The translations under genes and the position numbers were made by a program. Below, in pieces: positions 19,279-28,072 of a stretch of DNA of 64,000 nt. Origin of the DNA: an uncultured bacterium (GTDB lineage: Bacteria; Patescibacteriota; Microgenomatia; UBA1400; MFAQ01); contig CAXBYW010000002.1 in assembly GCA_963980225.1 (NCBI GenBank), positions 39,502 to 103,501 of the forward strand, written 5' to 3'. Positions within the stretch are counted from its first letter, which is position 1. Each line of letters opens with the position of its first letter. The notes below the pieces were generated by a model. It made no database searches and had not been told where the DNA came from. It saw nothing but the letters and a program-made list of their open reading frames with translations.

Positions 19279-19971
19279 TTGAATGAAATGAATAAAGGAC
19301 AGTACATGGTTTTTGAGGGTCCGGGGTTTGCAGGTAAATCTACGATAATGAGGGAAGTAAAAGAAGAATTGGAAAAAGAAGGGTTTGAGGTGGTGATGAC
19401 GAGAGAGCCTGGGGGATGTCCTGAAGCGGAAAAGATTAGAAGTAAGATTTTTTTGGAGAAAAAATTGGGTAATTTGACACCAAGACAAGAAACCTATCTT
19501 TTCTATATGGCTAGAGAGATTAATATGAACCAAGTAGTTCTTCCGAACATAGAGAGGGGAGTAATAGTCTTAAAAGACAGGGACTATATGTCCACATTTA
19601 AGTATCAAGAGTTAAGTGGAATGAGTAGAGATGAGTTGGTAAAGATACATAATGATCTGTATGTAGATTACGGTTTTTCGGAACCAGACTTGCGACTGGT
19701 GCTCTCGATTAATGAGGAAAGTTTGCGAGAGAGGGCAAGTCGAGGTGCAGAAGGAGATCCTTTTGATGATATGGCTTTAGATATGGTTAAAGCATATGGT
19801 GCGGAGGCGCTGGACATTACTAGGGGTAGAGGTATGTTTGCTAAGAATACGGTGGTGGTTGACGCTAACTATGCGTTTGAAGTGGTAAAGAACAACTGCT
19901 TAAGATTAATAAAAGAGAGGTCAGGATTAAATGAAGATATGGAAGGTAAGAGGAGAGGTGTAGAATACTAG
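19279..19971 (+). CDS. tmk: thymidylate kinase
   Basis: FEGPGFAGKST P-loop. Size and position next to thyA. Confidence 0.8.
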   Translation: MNEMNKGQYMVFEGPGFAGKSTIMREVKEELEKEGFEVVMTREPGGCPEAEKIRSKIFLEKKLGNLTPRQETYLFYMAREINMNQVVLPNIERGVIVLKDRDYMSTFKYQELSGMSRDELVKIHNDLYVDYGFSEPDLRLVLSINEESLRERASRGAEGDPFDDMALDMVKAYGAEALDITRGRGMFAKNTVVVDANYAFEVVKNNCLRLIKERSGLNEDMEGKRRGVEY

Positions 19972-19973
19972 TT

Positions 19974-20690
19974 ATGGTATTTGATGGAAATCGTTTGGCA
20001 AAAGAGATAAAGGAAGAGTTAGCAGCAAGTGGAGTGTTAGTGGGTAAAAGACTGATTATTTTCCAGACAGGGGATAAGGAGAGTACGTATGTTAGGTTAA
20101 AAAGAGAGATGGGAGAGAGTTTAGGAGTTAAAGTAAGGGTGGTATTTTCCGAGGGAGCACCAGACCTTACTCGTTTGAATGAAAACGTAGATGGAGTACT
20201 GGTTCAGCTACCGATTGTTGGAGTAGATGAGAAGGGAAGAGATGATATCTTAAGGCAGATACCAAAAGAAAAGGATGTTGATGGGCTGAACCCCGACAGT
20301 AATGTATTTTTACCGGCGGTGGTAGTGGCTGTCGAGAAGATACTTGTTAAAGTAGGGGTTGATAAGGATAAGATGACGGTAGCTGTGGTTGGAAGCAAGG
20401 GAATGATTGGAAAGGCTTTGGTAAAGCGGTTTAGCGCAAAAGGGTTTGATATGGGAGATGACTTAGCTCGGTTAAAAGATTTTGACGTAGTGATTAGTGC
20501 CACGGGTCAACCAGGCCTAGTGAAGGCTAGTATGGTTAAAGAGGGAGTAGTGGCTGTCGATTTGGGTTATCCTAAGGCTGATTTTGATGATGGAGTAAAA
20601 GAAAAGGCAAGTGTGATTACTCCTGTGCCTGGTGGTGTGGGTCCGGTAACGGTGTTGAGTCTATTTGAAAATTTAAGTAAAACAGGTTAG
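19974..20690 (+). CDS. folD: bifunctional methylenetetrahydrofolate dehydrogenase/cyclohydrolase (short form)
   Basis: VVGSKGMIGKA, DVVISATGQPG, TPVPGGVGPVT motifs. N-terminal half shortened (238 aa). Confidence 0.85.
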   Translation: MVFDGNRLAKEIKEELAASGVLVGKRLIIFQTGDKESTYVRLKREMGESLGVKVRVVFSEGAPDLTRLNENVDGVLVQLPIVGVDEKGRDDILRQIPKEKDVDGLNPDSNVFLPAVVVAVEKILVKVGVDKDKMTVAVVGSKGMIGKALVKRFSAKGFDMGDDLARLKDFDVVISATGQPGLVKASMVKEGVVAVDLGYPKADFDDGVKEKASVITPVPGGVGPVTVLSLFENLSKTG

Positions 20691-20767
20691 AATAGAGAAG
20701 TTAATAAAACGCATCTTTGGGGAGTTTCCTTATAAAGGTCCCAGAGAGAGGTAATAAGGAAACTAAT

Positions 20768-21568
20768 ATGGCAACTAAAAAGATAGAAAAAGAAGTTAAA
20801 AAGACCGTAAAGTCAACAAAAAAAATTGTAAAGACCGTAAAAAAAGAGGTCAAGGAAGAAGTAAAAGTTTTGAAGGGAAGTAAAGAGGAGATGGTAAAGA
20901 TCCTTTTTGAGGCAGGAGCCCACTTTGGTCATGTAGCTAGGCGCTGGAATCCTAAGATGGACAAGTTTTTGCATGGCAAAAGAGGAGGAGTACATATATT
21001 TGACTTAGAAAAGACTGTAGACGCTATAGAGGCGGCTAGTGAAGCCTTGACTAAGTGGATGAGCGAGGGTAAGACTATCGCCTTAGTAGGAACAAAGAGA
21101 CAGGCAAAAGAGATCGTTAGAAGTGAGGCTGATAGAGTTAAACTACCTTTCGTGGTAGAGAGATGGCTTGGAGGCACGATTACTAACTGGCAACAGATGA
21201 AGACTAGGATTGATAGATTGAAGAAACTAAAGGAAGAGAGAGATAGTGGTGCCTTAAAGAGTTTTACTAAGAAAGAGAGACTGTTGATAGATAGGGAGAT
21301 TGCTAAGCTGGAGAGACAGTTTGGAGGCTTGGCTGACTTAAACTCAGCACCTAATATAATCTTGGTGGTTGATATCCGTAAGGAAAGAACGGCTATTAAA
21401 GAGGCTAAGATAAGAGGGACAAAAGTTGTAGCTTTGGTAGACTCTAATACTGACCCTGAACCAATAGACTATCCGATTCCTATGAATGATGATGCTACAG
21501 CGGCTGTGGAGCTGGTAGTTAGAAAACTAGTTGGAGCAATTGAACTAGGATTAAAGAAAAAGAAGTAA
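20768..21568 (+). CDS. rpsB: 30S ribosomal protein S2 with Lys-rich N-terminal extension (start at MATKK with AGGAA RBS; ORF begins 20717)
   Basis: MVKILFEAGAHFGH..RRWNPKM S2 signature. Confidence 0.9.
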   Translation: MATKKIEKEVKKTVKSTKKIVKTVKKEVKEEVKVLKGSKEEMVKILFEAGAHFGHVARRWNPKMDKFLHGKRGGVHIFDLEKTVDAIEAASEALTKWMSEGKTIALVGTKRQAKEIVRSEADRVKLPFVVERWLGGTITNWQQMKTRIDRLKKLKEERDSGALKSFTKKERLLIDREIAKLERQFGGLADLNSAPNIILVVDIRKERTAIKEAKIRGTKVVALVDSNTDPEPIDYPIPMNDDATAAVELVVRKLVGAIELGLKKKK

Positions 21569-21574
21569 AAGACT

Positions 21575-22024
21575 ATGATGGATAAGATCAAGAAATTACG
21601 AGACAAGACTGGTGCCGGAGTAATGGGAGTTAAGAAAGCCTTGGAAGAGGCTAAAGGGGATATGAAAAAGGCAGAGGCGATAATAAGAAAGAAAGGGCTA
21701 GCTAAGGCTACCAAAAAGTCTGATAGGGAAGTAAAGAGTGGGTTGATTCATTCTTACATTCACCAGACTGGCGGCGTAGGAGCCATGGTGGAGATAGCTT
21801 GTGAGACCGATTTTGTGGCTAAAAACGAGGAGTTTGTTAATCTTTGTAAAGAAGTAGCCATGCAGGTTGCGAGCATGAATCCAAAAGACGTTAAAGAGTT
21901 AGAGAAGCAGGCCTACATTAGAGACTCTAGTAAGAAAGTAGGAGATCTGGTGAAGGAGTTGGTGGGGAAGATTGGAGAGAACATGAGAATAGTTCGTTTT
22001 GTTCGCTTTGAACTGGGCGAGTAA
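21575..22024 (+). CDS. tsf: elongation factor Ts (short 149-aa form)
   Basis: IKKLRDKTGAGVMGVKKALEEAKGD UBA-like N-terminus. Immediately after rpsB. Confidence 0.85.
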   Translation: MMDKIKKLRDKTGAGVMGVKKALEEAKGDMKKAEAIIRKKGLAKATKKSDREVKSGLIHSYIHQTGGVGAMVEIACETDFVAKNEEFVNLCKEVAMQVASMNPKDVKELEKQAYIRDSSKKVGDLVKELVGKIGENMRIVRFVRFELGE

Positions 22025-22039
22025 TGATAGAATTAGTTT

Positions 22040-22645
22040 ATGGAAGATGAAAATGTTCCCTTTATAGATAGTGTAAAAAGACAGAATAAAGCCAGGGAGT
22101 TAGTGAAAAGAAAATATAAGTCGAAGGAAGATGGTAGTTTTGGTTTGCTTAAAGACTACGATAATGATCCAAGCTTAGCTGAAGAGGTTGAGGTTAAGAA
22201 GCCCTGGAAAATCTATGTAGTGTGTTTGGCTGGGGAAAATAGAAGTCGCCTGATTGCAGGTGTTTTGGAAGATGAAGATGTGGGAGAAAAAAAGAAACTT
22301 AATTATTTAGCCGGTTATGGTGGGACTAATTTTTCGTTTCCGGTAATGGAAAAAGAAATAGATGAGTTTGGTCCAGACGCAATTATTTTTGCTACCAGGA
22401 CGACCAGAAAAACTTTTGAAGAGAAGTTTCCAAGAATAGCTGAAAAGATGAAGGAGAAAAAGATTCTGGGGAGAAGTATTGGCCTAAGCGACAGTAGGGT
22501 GTCCTTGACCTTAGATAAAGGAGATGAAAAAATTGGTAAACTAAAGGATAAGATAAGAGGAAGATTGTTGGAAATGGGTTTTCAGGGGTTGACCACAGAA
22601 GATTTAGAAAAAAAATGGGCAGACGTTATTAAAAAAGGAAAGTAA
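22040..22645 (+). CDS. hypothetical protein with CX5R(S) P-loop resembling low-molecular-weight phosphotyrosine phosphatase / ArsC-type phosphatases
   Basis: VVCLAGENRSRL fits the C-x5-R-S phosphatase P-loop. Occupies the slot between tsf and frr where pyrH normally lies. No UMP-kinase motifs. Confidence 0.3.
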   Translation: MEDENVPFIDSVKRQNKARELVKRKYKSKEDGSFGLLKDYDNDPSLAEEVEVKKPWKIYVVCLAGENRSRLIAGVLEDEDVGEKKKLNYLAGYGGTNFSFPVMEKEIDEFGPDAIIFATRTTRKTFEEKFPRIAEKMKEKKILGRSIGLSDSRVSLTLDKGDEKIGKLKDKIRGRLLEMGFQGLTTEDLEKKWADVIKKGK

Positions 22646-23205
22646 TGGATCAAGAGATAATGAAGCTACTAAAAGAGAAGTTGGATAAAGTTCTAGAGAT
22701 AGTAAAAGGTGACATGGATACGGTGCGAACAGGGAAGGCTAAGCCAGACATGGTAGGAAATATCATGGTTAATGCTTATGGTGGTCAGAAGATGAGATTG
22801 CAGGAGCTAGCGAGTATTTCGGCACCAGATCACTCCTTGATCATTATCGAACCTTGGGACAAGAGTGTGGTCCAGGATATAGAAAAGGCAATTGTGGCCA
22901 GTGAACTACAGTTGTCTCCAGCCGTGAGTGAGGGTCTGATCAGACTGCCGGTCCCACCGCTAACCGAAGAGAGAAGACAGGATTTTGTGAAACTATTGGC
23001 TCAGAAAATCGAGAGTGGTAAGGTAATGCTTAGGCAGGCCAGGGGAGATGTCAAAGAGAGAATAGATAGCCTGGAAGGCGAGTCTGGTGTGAGTGAGGAT
23101 GATATAAAGAGAATGTTGGAGGAGATGCAGAAAATATTTGAGAAGTATCAAGAAAGACTGGACGAGATGAGTAAGATTAAGGAGCTTGAGATCATGGAAA
23201 TTTAA
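22645..23205 (+). CDS. frr: ribosome recycling factor
   Basis: DMDTVRTGKAKPDMVGNIMVNAYG RRF signature. 186 aa. Confidence 0.9.
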   Translation: MDQEIMKLLKEKLDKVLEIVKGDMDTVRTGKAKPDMVGNIMVNAYGGQKMRLQELASISAPDHSLIIIEPWDKSVVQDIEKAIVASELQLSPAVSEGLIRLPVPPLTEERRQDFVKLLAQKIESGKVMLRQARGDVKERIDSLEGESGVSEDDIKRMLEEMQKIFEKYQERLDEMSKIKELEIMEI

Positions 23206-24868
23206 GATGGAGATAAGAAAGATAATAGAACAGGCAATCGGGAAGGCGATTAAGACTCTCGATGTTTCGTCTTTGGGAAAAGTTGGAGTAGAACATCCAG
23301 CAGATGAATTAATGGGGGATTACTCTAGTAACGTAGCCTTGAAAACGGGTGTTAAGGCCAAGGTAATAAAGGAGAAGTTGGAGAAAGATAAGGATTTGAT
23401 GAAGGTAGTAGAGAAAGTTGAGATTGCCGGTCCTGGGTTTATAAACTTCTGGTTAAAGAAGGAATGGTTGGTAGCTGAGATGCTTAAGGTAGTTAAACAA
23501 AATAAAGATTACGGTAAGGGAAGTTGGGGTAAGGATAAGCGGATGGTGATTGATTACTCTGCGCCTAATATTGCCAAGCAGTTTAGTGTGGGCCACTTGC
23601 GATCCACCATTATTGGCCAGGCGATATATAACTTACATAAGTTTTCCGGTTGGAAGTGTGTTGGAGATAATCACTTGGGTGATTGGGGCACACAGTTTGG
23701 GATGATAGTGGCGGCGGTAGAAAAGTGGGACTTAGACTTATCAAAGATGAGTGTTAACGAGATAGAGGAAATTTATGTAAAATACAACAAATTGGTAAAG
23801 GAAGATGAGAAGTATCTAAAGAAAGCGCAAGAAGCCTTTGCAAGATTAGAGAAAGGGGAGCCAAAGGCAAAAAAGGTTTGGCAGACGGCTATCAAGATGA
23901 GTTTGAAGGATTTTGACAAGGTATATGATTTACTTGGAGTAAAGATAGATGAGGCGTACGGGGAGAGTTTCTATCAAGACGAGATGGAAAAGGTGATTAA
24001 AGAGATGAAGAAAAAGAAGGTTGCTGTCAAAGGAGAGGGTGGAGCTTTGATTGTGGAACTAGACGGTTTACCACCAGCAATGCTTGTCAAAAGCGATGGA
24101 TCGAGTACATATTTTACCCGAGATATGGCTACGGTAAAGTGGCGAAGAGAAAACCCGAATATGGCCTCAGATTTGTATATTTATGAGGTAGGTGCTGAAC
24201 AGAGTTTGCATTTTAAACAGGTATTTGCTGCGGCCGAAAAGACTGGTTGGGGCAAGAAAGAAGATTTTGTTCATGTTGCTCACGGACTGGTATTGGGGAC
24301 GGATGGTAAGAAGATGAGTACTAGAAAAGGCACCACTGAAAGTATGGAAGAGCTTTTGAAGAAGATGATTAATAAGGCGGCGGAGATAAATGAGACGTCA
24401 GCTAGACAAGTAGGTGTAGGAGCCACTATTTTTAATGATCTTAAACATTCACCTCAGACAAGCTACAAGTTTGACTGGGAGAAAGCCTTGTCGATGGAGG
24501 GTGATTCCGGCCCGTATGTGCAGTACAGCGCAGTAAGAGCGTTAAGTGTCTTGAAAAAATCTATGCCTCGTACAGGTGGGAAAGACTTGAAACTTGATAT
24601 GGCTAGTTTGAGTGAGGGAGAGTTAGAGGTGTTGAGGAAGTTGTACAGGTTTGGAGAAGTGGTAGAGAGAGCTACTAGAGAACTTTCACCCAACTTACTT
24701 TGTGAGTACTTACTTGATTTATCTAGAAGCTTTAATGGTTTTTACGGTAATAATCAGGTAATTGGTGGTGAAAACGAGGATTTTAGATTAGGATTGACCG
24801 CGGCTGTAGCCCAGATTTTGAAGACTGGATTGGGACTGCTTAACATAGAGGTGCCAGAAAAGATGTAG
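23186..24868 (+). CDS. argS: arginyl-tRNA synthetase
   Basis: SAPNIAKQFSVGHLRS (HIGH-class motif). C-terminal DALR-type anticodon-binding domain. Confidence 0.9.
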   Translation: MRSWKFKMEIRKIIEQAIGKAIKTLDVSSLGKVGVEHPADELMGDYSSNVALKTGVKAKVIKEKLEKDKDLMKVVEKVEIAGPGFINFWLKKEWLVAEMLKVVKQNKDYGKGSWGKDKRMVIDYSAPNIAKQFSVGHLRSTIIGQAIYNLHKFSGWKCVGDNHLGDWGTQFGMIVAAVEKWDLDLSKMSVNEIEEIYVKYNKLVKEDEKYLKKAQEAFARLEKGEPKAKKVWQTAIKMSLKDFDKVYDLLGVKIDEAYGESFYQDEMEKVIKEMKKKKVAVKGEGGALIVELDGLPPAMLVKSDGSSTYFTRDMATVKWRRENPNMASDLYIYEVGAEQSLHFKQVFAAAEKTGWGKKEDFVHVAHGLVLGTDGKKMSTRKGTTESMEELLKKMINKAAEINETSARQVGVGATIFNDLKHSPQTSYKFDWEKALSMEGDSGPYVQYSAVRALSVLKKSMPRTGGKDLKLDMASLSEGELEVLRKLYRFGEVVERATRELSPNLLCEYLLDLSRSFNGFYGNNQVIGGENEDFRLGLTAAVAQILKTGLGLLNIEVPEKM

Positions 24869-24888
24869 CTTGTGTTAACATAATTGGT

Positions 24889-25929
24889 ATGCAGGTTCTG
24901 ATATTTTTACTTACCCTATCTTTATTGATCTTGATTCACGAGCTGGGTCATTTTTTTGCTGCCAAGGCTTTTGGTATGGAAGTGGAAGAGTTTGGGATAG
25001 GCTTCCCTCCTAGGGTGAAGAAGCTTTTTCGTTGGAAAGGAACCTTGTTTTCCTTGAATTTGCTACCCATTGGAGGTTTTGTGAGTATCAAGGGAGAGAA
25101 CTTTGGACACAGAGAAAAGGCAAGTGATGATATGTTTTGGGATAGGCCAATATGGCAGAGAGCGGTTGTTTTACTTTCAGGTGTGTTTGGCAACTTTGTT
25201 TTAGGAGTGGTTCTTTTTGGGATAGTTTACTCTGTAATGGGAGTGCCGACACAGGTAGGTAAGGTCAAGGTGGTGGGAGTGTCGGAGGGAAGCCCGGCGG
25301 CAAAGGTAGGTATAAAAGAGGGAGAGATCATAAAGGGATTTACCAAGACAGAGGATGTAATATCTTTGATAGGAGAACATAAAGGTGAAGAGATAGTTTT
25401 GGTACTTGAAGGAGAGACAGAAGACAGGGAAGTAAAGGTAGTGCCTCGAGTGAGCCCACCAGAAGGCGAAGGTTCACTAGGTGTATTACTGTCTGACACC
25501 GAGCTAGTTAAGCTGCCTTGGTGGCAGATGCCTTTTAAGGGAGCTGTAGTAGGTACAAAAGAAGCCTACGCTTGGGGTAAGGAGATAGTTAAGGGGTTGG
25601 GAGGTATGTTGTCAGGATTAGTGAGTGGTGAAGGAGTGCCGGAAGATGTGTCTGGACCGGTAGGAATCTACAAGGTGTCTGCACGAGTGAACGAGATGGG
25701 TTGGCTAGCTAGTTTACAGTTTATGGCCATTTTATCTATGAATTTAGCTGTCTTAAACATATTGCCGATACCAGCATTGGATGGTGGAAGACTGGTGTTT
25801 TTAGGGCTTGAGATGGTGATTGGTAAAAAGATAAAAAACAGGATAGAAGGTTGGGTCCATGGGGTGGGAATGATATTCCTTTTGGGGTTGATGGTGCTTA
25901 TTACCATTAGGGATATAATAAAGTTATGA
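24889..25929 (+). CDS. rseP: RIP zinc metalloprotease RseP-like (M50 with PDZ)
   Basis: LIHELGHFFAAK HExxH in TM1. Central PDZ-like segment. C-terminal LPIPALDGG motif. Confidence 0.8.
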   Translation: MQVLIFLLTLSLLILIHELGHFFAAKAFGMEVEEFGIGFPPRVKKLFRWKGTLFSLNLLPIGGFVSIKGENFGHREKASDDMFWDRPIWQRAVVLLSGVFGNFVLGVVLFGIVYSVMGVPTQVGKVKVVGVSEGSPAAKVGIKEGEIIKGFTKTEDVISLIGEHKGEEIVLVLEGETEDREVKVVPRVSPPEGEGSLGVLLSDTELVKLPWWQMPFKGAVVGTKEAYAWGKEIVKGLGGMLSGLVSGEGVPEDVSGPVGIYKVSARVNEMGWLASLQFMAILSMNLAVLNILPIPALDGGRLVFLGLEMVIGKKIKNRIEGWVHGVGMIFLLGLMVLITIRDIIKL

Positions 25930-26282
25930 GTGGTGATGTTTGTTTGTTTTGCGAGATAGTAGCCGGTAGAGAACCTGGGAAAAAAGTGTGGGAAAATGAT
26001 GAGTTTTTAGCGATTGAAAACAAGTATCCCAAGGCTCCAGTGCACGTTTTGGTTATGCCTAAGGATCATATAAAGAAAAAGGACGCGGGAGATATAGGGG
26101 CTAGTAATTTGTCTGTATTCTGGGGTAAAATGATGGGAGCTGTTTTTAGTGTAGTTCATAAGCTGAATTTATCTAAAACTGGCTACAAGTTGGTAAGTAA
26201 CGGGGCAGGATACAACCACTTTGAACATGAACATATTCATGTTTTGGGTGGAAGTAAAAGCGAACCAGCAGGACAGACATAG
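25926..26282 (+). CDS. HIT family (histidine triad) protein
   Basis: C-terminal HEHIHVLGG histidine triad. N-terminal CLFCEI. Confidence 0.8.
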   Translation: MSGDVCLFCEIVAGREPGKKVWENDEFLAIENKYPKAPVHVLVMPKDHIKKKDAGDIGASNLSVFWGKMMGAVFSVVHKLNLSKTGYKLVSNGAGYNHFEHEHIHVLGGSKSEPAGQT

Positions 26283-26318
26283 TAATTAAATAAAATTAGA
26301 AACGAGGTGTTTTTATAA

Positions 26319-26543
26319 ATGGCTTTAGTAGCTAAAAAGAAAGAAGGTCAAAGTCAGCAACAACTCATAAATGAGTTCAAGCGAATGACCTTTAACGATC
26401 CAGGTTTGGAGAAAGTCAAGGAAGTGGCTTTTGGAGGTCATCAAAGTGATTCTAAAAAACGATACGAACAAAGAAAACTTTTGAAAAAAGAGTTCGCCAA
26501 GATTAGGCGAAGAAACAAAAGACAGTCAGGTAGAACTAAATAA
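26319..26543 (+). CDS. rpsU: 30S ribosomal protein S21 (probable)
   Basis: 74-aa basic protein. INEFKRMTFNDPGLEKVKE resembles the S21 LRRFKR..EKAGIL..V core. Followed by yqeY as in many bacteria. Confidence 0.5.
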   Translation: MALVAKKKEGQSQQQLINEFKRMTFNDPGLEKVKEVAFGGHQSDSKKRYEQRKLLKKEFAKIRRRNKRQSGRTK

Positions 26544-26544
26544 G

Positions 26545-26964
26545 ATGAACCTAAAAGAAAGAATCAAAAGTGATTTACTTACTGCTCAGAAAGAGGCAGA
26601 TAGGCTTTTGGTAGCTATTTTGAAGCTTTTATGGAGTGAGATAGGTTACTTGACTGTAGACAAAAAAGATGACGATGAGTCTGTTATAGCCATGCTTAAA
26701 AAAGAGGCTAGAAAGAGAAAGGACGCGATTGAGGTTTACAAACAAGCTGGTGACAAACAAAGACAGGAAAGTGAGGCGTACGAACTTAAGGTAATCGGAG
26801 GCTATTTGCCTGACGAAATGGGTGAGGAAGAAGTGAGAAAGATAGTTATGGAAGTAAGTAAAGGGAGTGATCTATCAGGAGGTAGATTGATTGGAGAGAT
26901 AATGAAGAAACTATCGGGAAAAGCAGATGGAAATCTAGTGGCCAAGATTGTAGGCGAGCTATGA
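26545..26964 (+). CDS. GatB/YqeY domain protein
   Basis: YqeY-like helical protein (LKKEARKRKDAIEVYKQAGDKQRQESEAYE...GKADGNLVAKIV). Confidence 0.75.
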   Translation: MNLKERIKSDLLTAQKEADRLLVAILKLLWSEIGYLTVDKKDDDESVIAMLKKEARKRKDAIEVYKQAGDKQRQESEAYELKVIGGYLPDEMGEEEVRKIVMEVSKGSDLSGGRLIGEIMKKLSGKADGNLVAKIVGEL

Positions 26965-27353
26965 AAGAGAAGTTAAGAGTAAAAGTAGCTATTGGGGCGG
27001 ATGGTAGGTATGTGTTTGACAGAAAAAGAATTAGAAAAGCAGTTGAGGAGTTACTACAAGACAAGGGTTTAACAGGTAAGGTGGTTTTAAGTGTATCCGT
27101 AGTGGGAGAGCGAAAGATTAAAGAACTAAACAAAAAGTATTTGGGTAAAGACGAGGTGACAGACGTTCTGTCTTTTAGCCAGATGGAAGGAACGTTAGTA
27201 CCCGAGGATGACCAGATGCTACTGGGAGACGTGATTGTTTGTTACAACGTCGCTAAGAAACAAGCAGTAAAGTTAAACAAAATTTTAGATGAGGAGATTG
27301 AGTTTTTAGTACTTCATGGGGTGTTGCATTTATTGGGTGTACATCACGATTAA
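26961..27353 (+). CDS. ybeY: rRNA maturation endoribonuclease YbeY
   Basis: HGVLHLLGVHHD H-x3-H-x5-H zinc motif. 130 aa. Confidence 0.85.
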   Translation: MKEKLRVKVAIGADGRYVFDRKRIRKAVEELLQDKGLTGKVVLSVSVVGERKIKELNKKYLGKDEVTDVLSFSQMEGTLVPEDDQMLLGDVIVCYNVAKKQAVKLNKILDEEIEFLVLHGVLHLLGVHHD

Positions 27354-27384
27354 GAGTTAGACGTTTTAAGAGATTTCTTAAGTC

Positions 27385-27996
27385 TTGACGAGATATGGTA
27401 TAGTAATTTTTATGGTATTGCCAAAAGAAAGAAGAAACCCAATAGTAAGAGAGATACAAGAAGAGCATGAAATAGCAGGGCTTAATAAGGCTTTTGTGGA
27501 GGCTCAGAAGTATTTAACCGATCTTGTACTGGAAGACTTAAACGTATCTGAGCCGTATAGAAGTAGTGTAATGAAAACGGAAAAAGAGTTAGTAATTGCT
27601 TTAGGTTCAGATGATAACTCGGATTTGAAAATTTTCTTTTTTGTTTTTAACCACGCAGATGGAAAAGGAGTTTTGCAGATTTGTACTAATGAGGGAGATG
27701 CAACGTTGTCTTCCAGGTTTGTGAAGATGAAAGAGGTGGCGGGTGGAGATGATGTTATCTTGGCGGAGGTAATAGATGATTATGAAGAGTTGGACGGTCA
27801 TGTGTTTGAGGTTGATATAGCAAGTCTGACGTCTCAAGGTGACGGTGTAACCCTCTCTTTGAGAGATGAAAATTTTGGTTGGACCGTGGCGTGGAACAAA
27901 AATAGAAAAGATGAAGAAGAAAGAAACGTAGGGTTTAAAAGAAACTTTGTGCAAGATGTGGCTTTGGTAAAAAAAAGCGAAGAAGAAAAATCATAA
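27385..27996 (+). CDS. hypothetical protein
   Basis: ORF only. Acidic, no motif recognised. Confidence 0.35.
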   Translation: MTRYGIVIFMVLPKERRNPIVREIQEEHEIAGLNKAFVEAQKYLTDLVLEDLNVSEPYRSSVMKTEKELVIALGSDDNSDLKIFFFVFNHADGKGVLQICTNEGDATLSSRFVKMKEVAGGDDVILAEVIDDYEELDGHVFEVDIASLTSQGDGVTLSLRDENFGWTVAWNKNRKDEEERNVGFKRNFVQDVALVKKSEEEKS

Positions 27997-28072
27997 AAAC
28001 AATAATTGTTTCATTTGTTGAGTCGGTTGAGTAAATAATTTCCACCTTGACAGGGGAGGAGTTGAGGGGTTA

